DNA from: Candidatus Krumholzibacteriota bacterium
Lineage (GTDB): Bacteria > Krumholzibacteriota > Krumholzibacteriia > JAJRXK01
DNA length: 64,000 nucleotides
Reading direction: 5' to 3'
Assembly (NCBI GenBank): GCA_963764625.1
Contig: CAVXTH010000003.1
Coordinates: 1 to 64,000 of the forward strand
Of this stretch, positions 15,494 through 25,619 are shown one piece after another. The notes under the pieces are model-generated. The model was not told the DNA's origin. It ran no database searches and saw only the letters and a program-made list of their open reading frames with translations. Numbering within the stretch: position 1 is the stretch's first letter; each line of letters opens with the position of its first letter. The translations under genes were made by a program, and so were the position numbers.

Positions 15494-18007
15494 TCAGGGC
15501 GAAGGCAGCGGCCCCTGTGGCAACGTGACCTGCGGGCACAGCGGCGACACCACGTGCGAAACCTGCAAGGTATCCAGATTCAACCGCCGCCACCTCACTC
15601 GGAACTGCCCGTCGACGAAGCCGTAGATCGCCCAATCTTCGCCCAAGGGCAGAAGCTCGCACGCGAATCCGGGGTTCAGTTCCGCGGCCGCTTCCCAGGG
15701 ACCCTCCACTCTCTGCGCCCTCGCCGCGCGGATGCCGTTGGGCGAACTCCACAGCAAGAGCCACGACCCATTGCGCCGCACGGCCGCCGGAGATTCCGCT
15801 TTCGCGCCTCTCGTCGCCAGAATCGGCCCACCCAGAGACCACACGAGCCCGTCATCCGACGAAGCCCAGGCGATCACCGGATCGCCCCCGCGCATCCTCA
15901 TGGCCACGAGCATCACCCAGCGATCGCCGTCCTTCACCACGAAGGGATCACGGCAATCGCCGGTCCACGGCTCACCCTCACCCCAACTCGACCAGGCTGC
16001 GACCCCTTCGAGCACGCATCCCCGCCCCTCCACTGCTTGCACCGTCGAACTTGGCGAGGTCCAGTGCTCGAGATCCTCGGAGAACGCGAGACCGATTCGT
16101 TGCAGATTCAGGCGCGCGTCGTTCCCGTAGCTGACCCCGGTGTAGTACATCCACCACTTCCCGTCGCGAAACAACAGGAACGGGGACCAGAGATGGCGAT
16201 CGTTCCAGCTCCCCTCTCCCCCTCTCAGCTCGACGGGATCGTGGCGAGTCCAGTGCACCAGATCGGCGGAGTCCTCGTGCCCGAAGCGCCGTTCGACCGA
16301 TCGCCCCATCCACGCGCCGTTCTCGCGGATGTGAAAGATGTGAAAGTGGCTGCCGTCGTAGAGCAGGCTGAAATCCTTCGAGCCCACCTTGTCACTCGGC
16401 CGAAACGTGAGGTTGGCTTCCTCGGTGCACAGAGTGGAGGAGGTATCCGGGGTGGCGTCACGCGCGTCCCCTCCGTTGCATCCGCCGCCACACCCGCCCA
16501 GCGTGAGCAGCACCGTGAGTCCCGCCGCGATCGCCGTCGCCGCCCCCCCCGCGCTTCCCCTCTTGGCCCCTGGTTGCGCCTCGGCTCGCTGGCGCGCTGC
16601 TTCGGCAAAGAGCAGACCGATCGCCCACCACAGAGTCACGTTCACCACCGGCATCTCCTGCACCGTACTCGCGGTGCCCAAGAGCGCGTGAAACAGCACC
16701 GTGGCGCCGGCGCCCCGCACTATGGCCCGCCGCCATGGCTGCGCATCGCTCCCTGAAAGCTTCCGATCAAGCCTCACCGCGGCGCCCAGCGGCACCACCA
16801 CGAAGAGAAGTTCGAGCACGGCTCCGATCGCCCCGCCTTCCATCAGCGACTTCAGATACAGGTTGTCCAGAAACAGATATCCCAACGGAGCACTGACGAG
16901 ATGACTTCTCGTCACTGCTCCCACGCTCCCCAGGCCATAGCCCAGCCAGGGATGTCGTGGCCAGTAGTTCGTGAGGACTTCGTTGATGATACTCACGCGA
17001 TCTTGGGTGCTCGCGATCGCGTCCAGGTGCGAACCGATGCCGAAGGTCGCCAATATGTTCCCGCTGAAGAATCCGCCGGTGGCCACGTCTGCGATCGCTC
17101 CGGCGCAGAAGAGCGTGAGGATACCCGGCAGCAAAAGGCGGGGACGCCGCAAGAGCAGCACCAGTGTGACAACCACCAGCGAGAGCTGCGCGATGCGACT
17201 CAGGGAGAGCACCAGGGAGGCGAACCACAGTCCGCTGGCCACCGTGAGGGCCACCCAGATCCTGCCGCGCATATTCCCCTCGATCATCCGCGCGAACGCG
17301 AAGATCAACCCGACCGCCATGACGGCGCCGAGCGCACCGGGCGAACCCACGGTGGAGGTCGCCTTCAGCGTGCCCATCGTCCAGCGCTGTTCGCTGAGCT
17401 GCAGCACTTCGCGCACCTGACTCCACGCGTAGACCTCCCAGAACGAGACCAGCGCCACCGCGACCAGACCGCAGGAGAGCAGGATCAGAGTTGTACGCCG
17501 CGCGCGCGCGTCGGCCTGCGCCAGCGGAGTCAGAACGGCCACCAGCCCCATGAACGCGGTCCCACGAAAACTCAAGGCCCCCAGGTAGGCGCTCGGACCC
17601 CGGAGCAACAGCAGCACTTGAAAGAGCATGAACAACAGGAGCGCACCGGTCGCCCCGGCTAGAGGACGCTCCTCCTCGCGCGCCCCGCGCGCGGCCAGGA
17701 TGAAGAGCCCCAGAGCGACCATCCCGAGGTAGAACAGATCCTTGGAGAGCAAGCCCAGCTGTCCCGGCAGGAACTCGGCAATCACCGTCTCGAAGAGCAG
17801 GTAGGTCAGAAACGCGCTGTACCAGAGATCGAAGCGCCAGAGCCCGAGGAGGACGGCCAGCCCGACGCCGCACAAGAGCAACAGGGGGGCCAGATGAAGG
17901 GGACCGAACACCGAGAGAACGACGGCGGCTCCCGTCGCGGCGAGCACGGGGCCCACCAGCGAGGGGCCAATTTCACGGGAGGCAGCGAAGTGACGCGAGA
18001 GATCCAC
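15494..18007 (-). CDS. O-antigen ligase/Wzy_C-like membrane protein fused to a GH32-like five-bladed beta-propeller glycosidase
   Basis: About 500 aa polytopic part (ATSTVGSP, SLSR, R...HPWLGYGLG, DNLYLK.L.EGG.IG), a lipobox-like linker LTLGGC, then KDF, FGH..S.DL.HW, WSP, RDPFV and ESP motifs. Confidence 0.75.
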   Translation of the reverse strand: MDLSRHFAASREIGPSLVGPVLAATGAAVVLSVFGPLHLAPLLLLCGVGLAVLLGLWRFDLWYSAFLTYLLFETVIAEFLPGQLGLLSKDLFYLGMVALGLFILAARGAREEERPLAGATGALLLFMLFQVLLLLRGPSAYLGALSFRGTAFMGLVAVLTPLAQADARARRTTLILLSCGLVAVALVSFWEVYAWSQVREVLQLSEQRWTMGTLKATSTVGSPGALGAVMAVGLIFAFARMIEGNMRGRIWVALTVASGLWFASLVLSLSRIAQLSLVVVTLVLLLRRPRLLLPGILTLFCAGAIADVATGGFFSGNILATFGIGSHLDAIASTQDRVSIINEVLTNYWPRHPWLGYGLGSVGAVTRSHLVSAPLGYLFLDNLYLKSLMEGGAIGAVLELLFVVVPLGAAVRLDRKLSGSDAQPWRRAIVRGAGATVLFHALLGTASTVQEMPVVNVTLWWAIGLLFAEAARQRAEAQPGAKRGSAGGAATAIAAGLTVLLTLGGCGGGCNGGDARDATPDTSSTLCTEEANLTFRPSDKVGSKDFSLLYDGSHFHIFHIRENGAWMGRSVERRFGHEDSADLVHWTRHDPVELRGGEGSWNDRHLWSPFLLFRDGKWWMYYTGVSYGNDARLNLQRIGLAFSEDLEHWTSPSSTVQAVEGRGCVLEGVAAWSSWGEGEPWTGDCRDPFVVKDGDRWVMLVAMRMRGGDPVIAWASSDDGLVWSLGGPILATRGAKAESPAAVRRNGSWLLLWSSPNGIRAARAQRVEGPWEAAAELNPGFACELLPLGEDWAIYGFVDGQFRVRWRRLNLDTLQVSHVVSPLCPQVTLPQGPLPSP

Positions 18008-18028
18008 CGCGCCTCCTCTCCAACGAAT

Positions 18029-18844
18029 CTAGGACTTGGCCTCGATGAGGCCGGCCCGCCTCTTCTCCAGGGACTTCAGCTTCTTGAGCAGCTCTTTCTT
18101 GAGGAAGTCGCGATACATCGCCGCGCCCACGCACGAGGAATCGTAGGAGAAGATGCTCTGGAACTCTCCCGGAGCCTCTTCCAGCTTGGTGTTAGTGGTG
18201 ATCTCGGTCTTGAAGATGGCCTCCTTGCCGAAGATCTCCTTCACCTCTTTCACCAGCTTCTCGTTGAGCTTGGTCCGGGCATCCTTCATGGTGACTAGAA
18301 TTCCCAGCACCTGCAGAAGGTCGTTCTGGTTGCTCCGCACGTAATCGATGTGCGCCGCCAGCTGCTTCAGGGTGCCCACCGAGAGACCGTTGATCGGGGA
18401 CGGAATCAGCACGTAATCGGCGCAGACGATGGCATTGGTGGTGAGCACGCCCAGATTGGGCGGGGTGTCGATGATGATCCAACCGTAGCTGGACGCGAGC
18501 GCCTCGGTTACCTTCTTGAGCCGGTCGAGGATTTGCGTCTTGGCCATGCTGGCCAGATGCGGACTCGAGGGCAGGATGTCGATGTTCTCCGAGAAGACCG
18601 TCGACATGATCCCGTCGTGAGGCGTGATCGCGCGGCGAAGGACATCGAAGATGCTCCGCTGGGGCGCTCCGGTGTCGACGGTGCCCAGCATGGTGGCCGA
18701 GGCGCACCCGCTGGGATCCATGTCGATGATGAGACAAGAAGAGGTGATGTCGCTGTACCGGAGCAGACCAGCGGCCAGATTGAGGGCCGTGGTCGTTTTG
18801 CCGGTGCCGCCCTTTTGATTGACGACGGCGATGACGTTACTCAT
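18029..18844 (-). CDS. ParA/Soj-family ATPase (orphan)
   Basis: Deviant Walker A NQKGGTGKTT, IDMDP, IIIDTPP and LEEAP. No parB in the window. Confidence 0.9.
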   Translation of the reverse strand: MSNVIAVVNQKGGTGKTTTALNLAAGLLRYSDITSSCLIIDMDPSGCASATMLGTVDTGAPQRSIFDVLRRAITPHDGIMSTVFSENIDILPSSPHLASMAKTQILDRLKKVTEALASSYGWIIIDTPPNLGVLTTNAIVCADYVLIPSPINGLSVGTLKQLAAHIDYVRSNQNDLLQVLGILVTMKDARTKLNEKLVKEVKEIFGKEAIFKTEITTNTKLEEAPGEFQSIFSYDSSCVGAAMYRDFLKKELLKKLKSLEKRRAGLIEAKS

Positions 18845-19005
18845 AAAAAGGATCCCCTGCTCACCTGGAATGGAATCGAGCCGAGTGAATCGCGTCCCCG
18901 CACGCGAAAAACTCGAAAAAATCAAGATTGGAGCCGCCCGTGCCCAGCGCGGCGGAGCCTAGACTAGTCTCCAATTCCCCAGATGGCAACCCTGAATCGG
19001 CTAAG

Positions 19006-20745
19006 ATGCGTATCCGCAGGCTCTTTCCCTACCTACTTCGTCATCGCTCCGCGTTGATCGCGGGCACCGTGGCCATCATCGTCGGGGAAGTCTTCAGCAT
19101 GATGGGACCCTGGTTCCTGCGCCAGGCCATCGACCAGCTGGAAGCGAGCCAGATCGACGCCGCCCGCCGCGCCGCCCTGCTCATGCTCGCGGTCACCGTA
19201 CTGGCCGGACTCGGCAGCTTTCTGATGCGCCGCACCATGATCGGTGCCAGCCGCCTCATCGAAAAAGAACTCCGCCACGACTTCACCGCCCACGTCTTCC
19301 AGCTGGCTCCGCGCTGGTACGATACTCATAAAGTGGGCGAGGTCATGGCCCTAGCAACTAATGATATCAATGCGATACGGATGCTTTTGGGGCCGGGCAT
19401 CATGTACCTGGTCCAGACCGTGTTTACCGCGATCGTGGCCACCGTCCTCATGCTGAAGCTCTCGCCCCAGCTGACCCTCATCTCGCTGGCTCCCCTTCCG
19501 GTGCTGGGCTTCGCGGTCCAGAAAGGCAGCCGAAGCATCCACAGCCGCTTCGCCCAGGTCCAGGAGAGCTTCGCCACCCTCTCCGGTTACGCGCAGGAGA
19601 TGCTCGCCGGCATCCGCCCCATTCGGGCCTACTCCCGCGAGAGCCTGGCGTCGTCGCGCTTCGACGAACGCTCCGTCGATCTGCTCGACCGCAATCTCTC
19701 CTTCATCCGCATTCAGGCCCTGCTGCGTCCGTTGATGATCTTCATCGCCGGCTCGGCCACCGCGATCACGCTCTACTTCGGCGGCCGCATGGTGCTCTCG
19801 CACTCGATCAGCGTGGGAACCCTGGTCGCCTTCATGGCCTACCTGGCGCAACTCACCTGGCCCGCCATGGCGCTGGGCTTCACCATCAACATCTGGCAAC
19901 GGGGTTTGGCCAGTCTGCAGCGGCTGGGAGAGGTACTCGACGCGCCGATCGAGATCCAGAACGCGCCGAAGGCCCGCGCCTGGCGACCCCGCCACGGACA
20001 CATCGAATTCAAAAACCTCAGCTTCACCTATCCGCACGCGCAGTCCAAAACTCTCGAAGCTGTCAGTTTCGTGATGCCCCCCGGCTCCTGGACCGCGCTG
20101 GTCGGCGAAACGGGCTCGGGGAAGACGACCTTGGTGCGCCTGTTGAACCGTCAGTACGGCAACTACGAGGGCTCGATCTCCATCGACGGAATCGATCTGA
20201 GAGAACTGCGCCTCGAGGACCTGCGCGAAGGAATCGGCTACGCGCCGCAGGATGGCTTTCTTTTCAGCGATACCCTGCGTGAGAACATTCTCTTCGCGAA
20301 TCCGCGCGGAACCGATGAGGACGTGGAACGCCTCGCTCGCGTGAGTCGCCTCGTGAAGGACCGCGACGCCTTTCCCGAGGGTTGGCAAACCCTGGTCGGC
20401 GAGCGCGGCGTCACCCTCTCGGGGGGACAAAAGCAGCGCGTCAGCATCGCGCGGGCGCTCGCGCCCGAACCCACCATCTTGCTCTTGGACGACGTGTTCT
20501 CCTCGGTCGACAACGAGACCGAGTCGGAACTCCTCGCGCAGCTGCGGGAGGCGTGGAAGGGACGCACCGTGCTCCTGATCACCCACCGGCTCCTGGGAGT
20601 CCAGGAGGCGGACCAGATCGTGGTGCTGCAGGAGGGCAAAGTGGTGGAGATCGGCCGTCACGAGGAACTGCTGCTTCGCAAGGGCCGCTACGCCGCGCTT
20701 TTCCGCCAACAGGCCACCGCGGCCGAACTGGACGCGATCCAATGA
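19006..20745 (+). CDS. ABC exporter, fused TMD-NBD (MdlA/YheI-like)
   Basis: Six-TM ABC membrane domain, GETGSGKT, GERGVTLSGGQKQR and degenerate Walker B LLLDD. Confidence 0.92.
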   Translation: MRIRRLFPYLLRHRSALIAGTVAIIVGEVFSMMGPWFLRQAIDQLEASQIDAARRAALLMLAVTVLAGLGSFLMRRTMIGASRLIEKELRHDFTAHVFQLAPRWYDTHKVGEVMALATNDINAIRMLLGPGIMYLVQTVFTAIVATVLMLKLSPQLTLISLAPLPVLGFAVQKGSRSIHSRFAQVQESFATLSGYAQEMLAGIRPIRAYSRESLASSRFDERSVDLLDRNLSFIRIQALLRPLMIFIAGSATAITLYFGGRMVLSHSISVGTLVAFMAYLAQLTWPAMALGFTINIWQRGLASLQRLGEVLDAPIEIQNAPKARAWRPRHGHIEFKNLSFTYPHAQSKTLEAVSFVMPPGSWTALVGETGSGKTTLVRLLNRQYGNYEGSISIDGIDLRELRLEDLREGIGYAPQDGFLFSDTLRENILFANPRGTDEDVERLARVSRLVKDRDAFPEGWQTLVGERGVTLSGGQKQRVSIARALAPEPTILLLDDVFSSVDNETESELLAQLREAWKGRTVLLITHRLLGVQEADQIVVLQEGKVVEIGRHEELLLRKGRYAALFRQQATAAELDAIQ

Positions 20746-22608
20746 GCGCGGCCAACGCACCCAGGAACACCCAGAAGAGGGCTCCCACGGAGAAGGCCGC
20801 GAGTCGTATCGCGGAATCCACCGAGCACGAGATCGAGGCCACCCGCGATCTGGACTGGGGCCAGTTGCGCCGGCTGCTGGCCTACCTGAAACCGTACCGG
20901 CTCAAAGTGTCCGCGACCGCCGTGCTCATCGTGCTGGTCTCGGGCTTGAGCATCGTCGGGCCCTACCTGGTGAAAGTCGCGATCGATCGCTCCCTGCAGG
21001 GCGAGGGCCCCGCCCCCGAGCGGCTCCGCATTCTGGGAATCGTCGGCGCGCTGTACCTCGGCGTCCTCTTGGTCACCGGACTCCTCTCGTTCTTCCAGAG
21101 CCTCTTGCTGCAGGAGGTGGGGCAGAAAGTGATGAACGATCTCCGTCGTCAGCTCTTCCGCCACGTCATGCGCCAAGACATGTCGTTGTTCGACCGCGAA
21201 CCGGTGGGGCGGCTCATGACCAGACTCACTTCCGACGTGGAAGCCCTGAACGAGCTCTTCACCTCGGGGGTAGTCACCATCGCGATGGACGCACTCACGC
21301 TCATCGCCATCATGACCATCATGCTGGTCATGGACGTCAAGCTTGCCTTGATCTCCTTCGCGGTCATCCCCGCCCTGTTCGCGCTCTCCATGATCTTCCG
21401 TACGCGGGTCCGTCGCGCGTTCCGGCGCATCCGCGTACGGGTGGCCCGCATCAATGGGTTCCTGCAGGAGCACCTCTCCGGGCTCTCCATCGTCCAGGCC
21501 TTCGGCCAGGAGTCGCGCCGCCTCGCTCGCTTCGATTCCCTGAACGAGGACCATACCGCGGCGCACCTGGAAACGGTGGCCGCCTTCGCGGTTTTCTTTC
21601 CCGCGGTCGAAGTGTTCTCCACCGCCGCCGTCGTCCTGCTCCTGTGGACCGGCAGCGCCATGGTCGCGGCCACCACCGTGACCCTGGGCACTCTCGTCGC
21701 CTTCGTGCAATACGCGCAGCGCTTCTACCGCCCCATCAGCGATCTCAGCGAGAAATTCAACATCATGCAGGGCGCAATGGCCGCGGGAGAGCGCGTCTTC
21801 ATCCTCCTGGATACGCACCCCTCCATCCTCACCCCCAAAGCACCTCGCGGTGTCGAGCGCGTCAAAGGAGAAGTGAGCTTCGAGAAGGTATGCTTCTCCT
21901 ACGAGGGGCAGGAGAGAGTGCTCAACGACCTCAGCTTTCACGTTCGACCCGGAGAGCGCGTGGCCCTGGTGGGAGCCACCGGCGCCGGCAAGACCACCAT
22001 CATCTCGCTCTTGACCCGTTTCTACGAAGTCGATGAGGGGCGCATCTCCATCGACGGAATCGATGTGCGCGAGTGGGATCCCCGCGAGCTGCGCCGCCAG
22101 GTGGGGGTCGTCCTGCAGGATCCCCGGCTCTTCTCCGGCAGCCTCGACTCCAACCTGAAGCTCTGGCGCGAGGACTTCGACCAGAGGAGTCTGGACGAGG
22201 CGATTCAACGCATCGGCCTGGAAAGAGTTATCCGGAAGCTACCCGACGGCCTGGCCCACGAACTGGGCGAAGGAGGCGGCCGCCTCTCCACCGGTGAGAG
22301 ACAACTCGTGAGCTTCGCGCGCGCCCTCGCGCACGACCCGCCCATCCTGGTCCTGGACGAGGCCACCGCCAGCGTGGACGCCGCCACCGAGGCGCGCATC
22401 CAGACCGCGATCGAGGTCTTGATGGAGGGTCGAACCTCGCTGGTCATCGCGCACCGTCTCTCGACGGTGCGCTCGGTTGACCGCATTCTCGTGCTGCATC
22501 ACGGCCGGCTCGTGGAAGAGGGAAGTCACGAAGAACTCTTGGCTCGCCCTGGCGGGATCTACCGCAAACTGGTCGAGATCCAGCTCCAGAGAAGTCGCCA
22601 CGAGCTAG
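20742..22608 (+). CDS. ABC exporter, fused TMD-NBD (MdlB/YheH-like); 3' end uncertain
   Basis: ATGA overlap with its partner, GATGAGKT, LSTGERQL, LVLDEATAS and IAHRLST. As assembled the frame stays open to 22808, but a 1-nt indel near 22589 would give LQEVATS* ending at TAG 22608. Confidence 0.85.
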
Positions 22609-22616
22609 AGATCACT

Positions 22617-23272
22617 CTAGAAATTCATGAAGATTCCCACGCTGATCTCCCAGAACTGCAAGAGGCTCTTCCCGTCGAAACTCTCGGCCTGAAGCCTCTC
22701 CCCCTCGGCCGAGAAATCGGTGGGCACCAGGTGATCGCGTGCTTCGAAGCGCAGGATGTCCCAGCGATAGCCCCCGCCGAGCACGTAGCTGACTCCGTTC
22801 TGCTCTAGATTCCCCCCGGTATCCTTGCGCTCTTTGAAGTGCACTCTGGCGGCGCCGATCCCGGCCAGAAAGTAGGGCGCGTTCTTCTGTTTGGTCCAAT
22901 CCCACATCAGCGCCGCCTCATAGAAGGTGGCGTTCGCGGTGTCCCAGTTGTAGGAGTCGGAATTGCGCGCGACGGTCAGAACGTCGGCGCTGACGTTCAT
23001 CTGCGTGCGCGCGATCGAGACGTTCCAACTGAATTGATCGGAGATTCCACTTCCCGCGCGAATCCCCAAGAAGATGTTCTCGTCCAAGCTCGTCTTGAGC
23101 CGCTCGCCCCCGATCTGCTTGCCTTCGGGGGAGACCCAGAGGAAATCCCCTTGCGTGCTGGAGCGGTATAGAGGCCGCCTGCCGCCGCGGCGCCCCCGAA
23201 TAGGGTGATGCCGAAGGGCTGCGGTTCCGCCCGCGCCATCGCCGGCAGTACGGCGAGCCAGAGCAGAGCCAT
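22617..23272 (-). CDS. Outer-membrane beta-barrel protein; frameshift near 23165-23170
   Basis: Signal peptide MALLWLAVLPAMARA-EPQPFGITLFGG lies in one frame. Amphipathic strands (PYFLAGIG, YVLGGGYRW) and a C-terminal Phe (ISVGIFMNF) lie in the other. Confidence 0.7.
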
Positions 23273-23376
23273 CGTCAAAAGATGATGCCGCCGCCTCGTC
23301 GTGACACGGGCTATCCAGCACCAAGTCGAATGCAAATCCACGAACCACCTCCACGACTCACACAGGGAGCCTGCGA

Positions 23377-24138
23377 TCAGGATTCCGCCGGGCCCTTCTT
23401 CTGGAACGCCGAGAGTAGATCGATGGGCACGGGGAAGAGTGTCGTGCTGTTGTTCTCGGCCGCCACTTCGGTGAGCGCCTGGAGATACCGTAGCTGCAGC
23501 GCCACCGGGTGGGGCTCGATCTTGATCGCGGCCTGCGCCAGGCGTTCACTGGCCTCATACTCTCCCTCGGCGTGGATGACCTTGGCCCGCCGCTCGCGTT
23601 CCGCTTCCGCCTGTTTGGCCATGGCACGCTTCATCTCCATCGGCAGATCGACGTCTTTTATCTCCACCATGCTGACTTTGATGCCCCACGGATCGGTTGC
23701 CTCGTCCAGAATCGTCTGGATCATCGCGTTGAGTTTGTCGCGCTCGGAGAGTAGATGGTCGAGTTCGTATTGTCCCACCACCGATCTCACGGTCGTCTGT
23801 GCGAGCTGACTGGTTGCGAAGAGGTAGTCCTCCACCTCGATGATTGCCCGATTGGGATCCAAAACTCGGAAATAGAGTACCGCGTTCACTTTCACCGAGA
23901 CGTTGTCCAGGGTGATGACGTCCTGAGGCGGTACGTCCATGGCCACCGTACGGAGGCTGGTCTTGACCATGCGTTCGATGAACGGCACCAAAATGATCAG
24001 TCCGGGCCCGCGCGTTCCCGTGTACCGTCCCAGGCGAAACACCACGGCGCGCTCGTACTCGCGCAGCACGCGAATCGAGTTTCCCAACACGAAAAGCGCG
24101 AGAACGATGAAGGTCCCAACTGAATAGCTCAATGGCAT
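23377..24138 (-). CDS. SPFH/stomatin (slipin) family protein
   Basis: [24 protein letters not shown] and [16 protein letters not shown] motifs. GAGGAGG RBS. Confidence 0.95.
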   Translation of the reverse strand: MPLSYSVGTFIVLALFVLGNSIRVLREYERAVVFRLGRYTGTRGPGLIILVPFIERMVKTSLRTVAMDVPPQDVITLDNVSVKVNAVLYFRVLDPNRAIIEVEDYLFATSQLAQTTVRSVVGQYELDHLLSERDKLNAMIQTILDEATDPWGIKVSMVEIKDVDLPMEMKRAMAKQAEAERERRAKVIHAEGEYEASERLAQAAIKIEPHPVALQLRYLQALTEVAAENNSTTLFPVPIDLLSAFQKKGPAES

Positions 24139-24248
24139 GTCATTCCTCCTCGAATGCCGCATCCTCTTTAGGATGCGGAACTGTGATTCCCTCGCGCAAG
24201 GGCCCCCCGGTGATCACCGAGCTCGACTCGATGAGCAACGGAGCACCC

Positions 24249-25559
24249 TCAGGATTTCACGACCGGCTTGACGCGCGCCACGCGGCCCTCGATTCCCACC
24301 ACCTCGACTTGACTCTCCTCGATCAGGGGCTGATCGGAGATCGCATCCCAGATTTCGCCGTGAAACACGACTTTACCCGGCGCACTCCCGCCGGGAATCG
24401 CATCCATCACCCGGCCTTTCTCTCCCACGAGCGCTTCTGGACCTTGCACTTTGGGGCGAGATTGTGCTTTCACGACCAAGGCCGCGCAGAGGACGAAAAA
24501 ACCGGCAAAGACAACGAGCGCTGGAATCATCACTTTCAGACTCACTTTCGCCCAGGCCTGTTCGGAATCGAAGAGCATCAAGGAACCGAGCACCATCGAG
24601 GCGAGACCTCCAATGGTCAGTGCGCCATAACTGGTGACCTTCACTTCGAGGATGAGCAGCACCATCCCCAAGAGCAAGAGCGCGATTCCCGCGTAGTTGA
24701 TCGGCAGGTTCTGGAACGCGAAGAGCGCCATCAGAAGGCAGATGCCGCCCAGAATGCCCGGGACGAGGCTCCCCGGATTGCTAAGCTCGAAGAAGAGACC
24801 GTAGATCCCCAAGAGCATGAGAATGTAGGCCACGCTCGGATCGGCCAACGCTTTGAGGAGCCGTTGGCGCCCGTTCATCGGATGCTCCTCCACCTCCGCA
24901 TCCGCGGTATGTAGAGTCACTTCCTTTCCTCCGATCGTCACCGTGCGGCCGTCGATACTCTCGAGCAGGGTTCTCAAGTCGTCCGCCACGAAATCGATCA
25001 CGTTTTCCCGCAGCGCGTCCTGGGCCGGCAGATTGTCCGCGGTCTCTACGAAGCGCTTCGCCATCTCCTGGTTGCGCCCCCGCTGCGCGGCGATCGACAT
25101 CAGGTACGCCACCGCGTCGTGGGTGACCTTGCGGGTCATCGTGCTGTCCATTCCGCCCCCGCCCAGATTCACCGGGCTGGCCGAGCCGATGTTGGTGCCC
25201 GGGGCCATCGCGGCGATGTGTGCCGCCATGGTGATGAACACCCCGGCGCTCGCGGCGCGGCTTCCCGAGGGCGCCACGTAGACCACCACCGGAATCTCGC
25301 TCGCGAGTTCCGCCTTCACGATCTGGCGCATCGAGGTATCGAGACCACCTGGCGTATCCAGTTGAATGACGACCACCTCGGCGCCACTTCGCTCGGCGCG
25401 GTGGATGCCCTCCACCAGGTACGCGGACGCGACCGGAGTGATCGCGCCGTCATAGGGCAAGAGATCGATCCTCGTCGCGGCGGTGGAACCCGAGGGTGCC
25501 GCCGCCAAGAGGACCAGAACACAGGCGAGACAGAACAGCTGAACGGCTCGGTAAGTCAT
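24249..25559 (-). CDS. nfeD: Long-form NfeD (ClpP-like serine protease, TM and OB domains)
   Basis: LDTPGG, AASAG, MAPGTNIGSASP and HGEIWDA motifs. Canonical pairing with stomatin. Confidence 0.92.
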   Translation of the reverse strand: MTYRAVQLFCLACVLVLLAAAPSGSTAATRIDLLPYDGAITPVASAYLVEGIHRAERSGAEVVVIQLDTPGGLDTSMRQIVKAELASEIPVVVYVAPSGSRAASAGVFITMAAHIAAMAPGTNIGSASPVNLGGGGMDSTMTRKVTHDAVAYLMSIAAQRGRNQEMAKRFVETADNLPAQDALRENVIDFVADDLRTLLESIDGRTVTIGGKEVTLHTADAEVEEHPMNGRQRLLKALADPSVAYILMLLGIYGLFFELSNPGSLVPGILGGICLLMALFAFQNLPINYAGIALLLLGMVLLILEVKVTSYGALTIGGLASMVLGSLMLFDSEQAWAKVSLKVMIPALVVFAGFFVLCAALVVKAQSRPKVQGPEALVGEKGRVMDAIPGGSAPGKVVFHGEIWDAISDQPLIEESQVEVVGIEGRVARVKPVVKS

Positions 25560-25619
25560 GACCGCGCTCCTTTCGGACGGATCGAGAGCCGTCTCTTGGG
25601 ATTCCGCGATGCCGCCGCT

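Noticed and set aside
22590-22808. C-terminal extension of the ABC exporter overlapping the convergent OMP gene by about 190 bp
   Set aside because: The extension is the antisense of the OMP gene, and a TAG at 22606-22608 is reachable by a 1-nt indel.
24157-24178. Perfect hairpin CCGCATCCT-CTTT-AGGATGCGG between nfeD and the stomatin gene
   Set aside because: It has no U-tract and is probably an ordinary mRNA-stabilising stem in a well-known operon.
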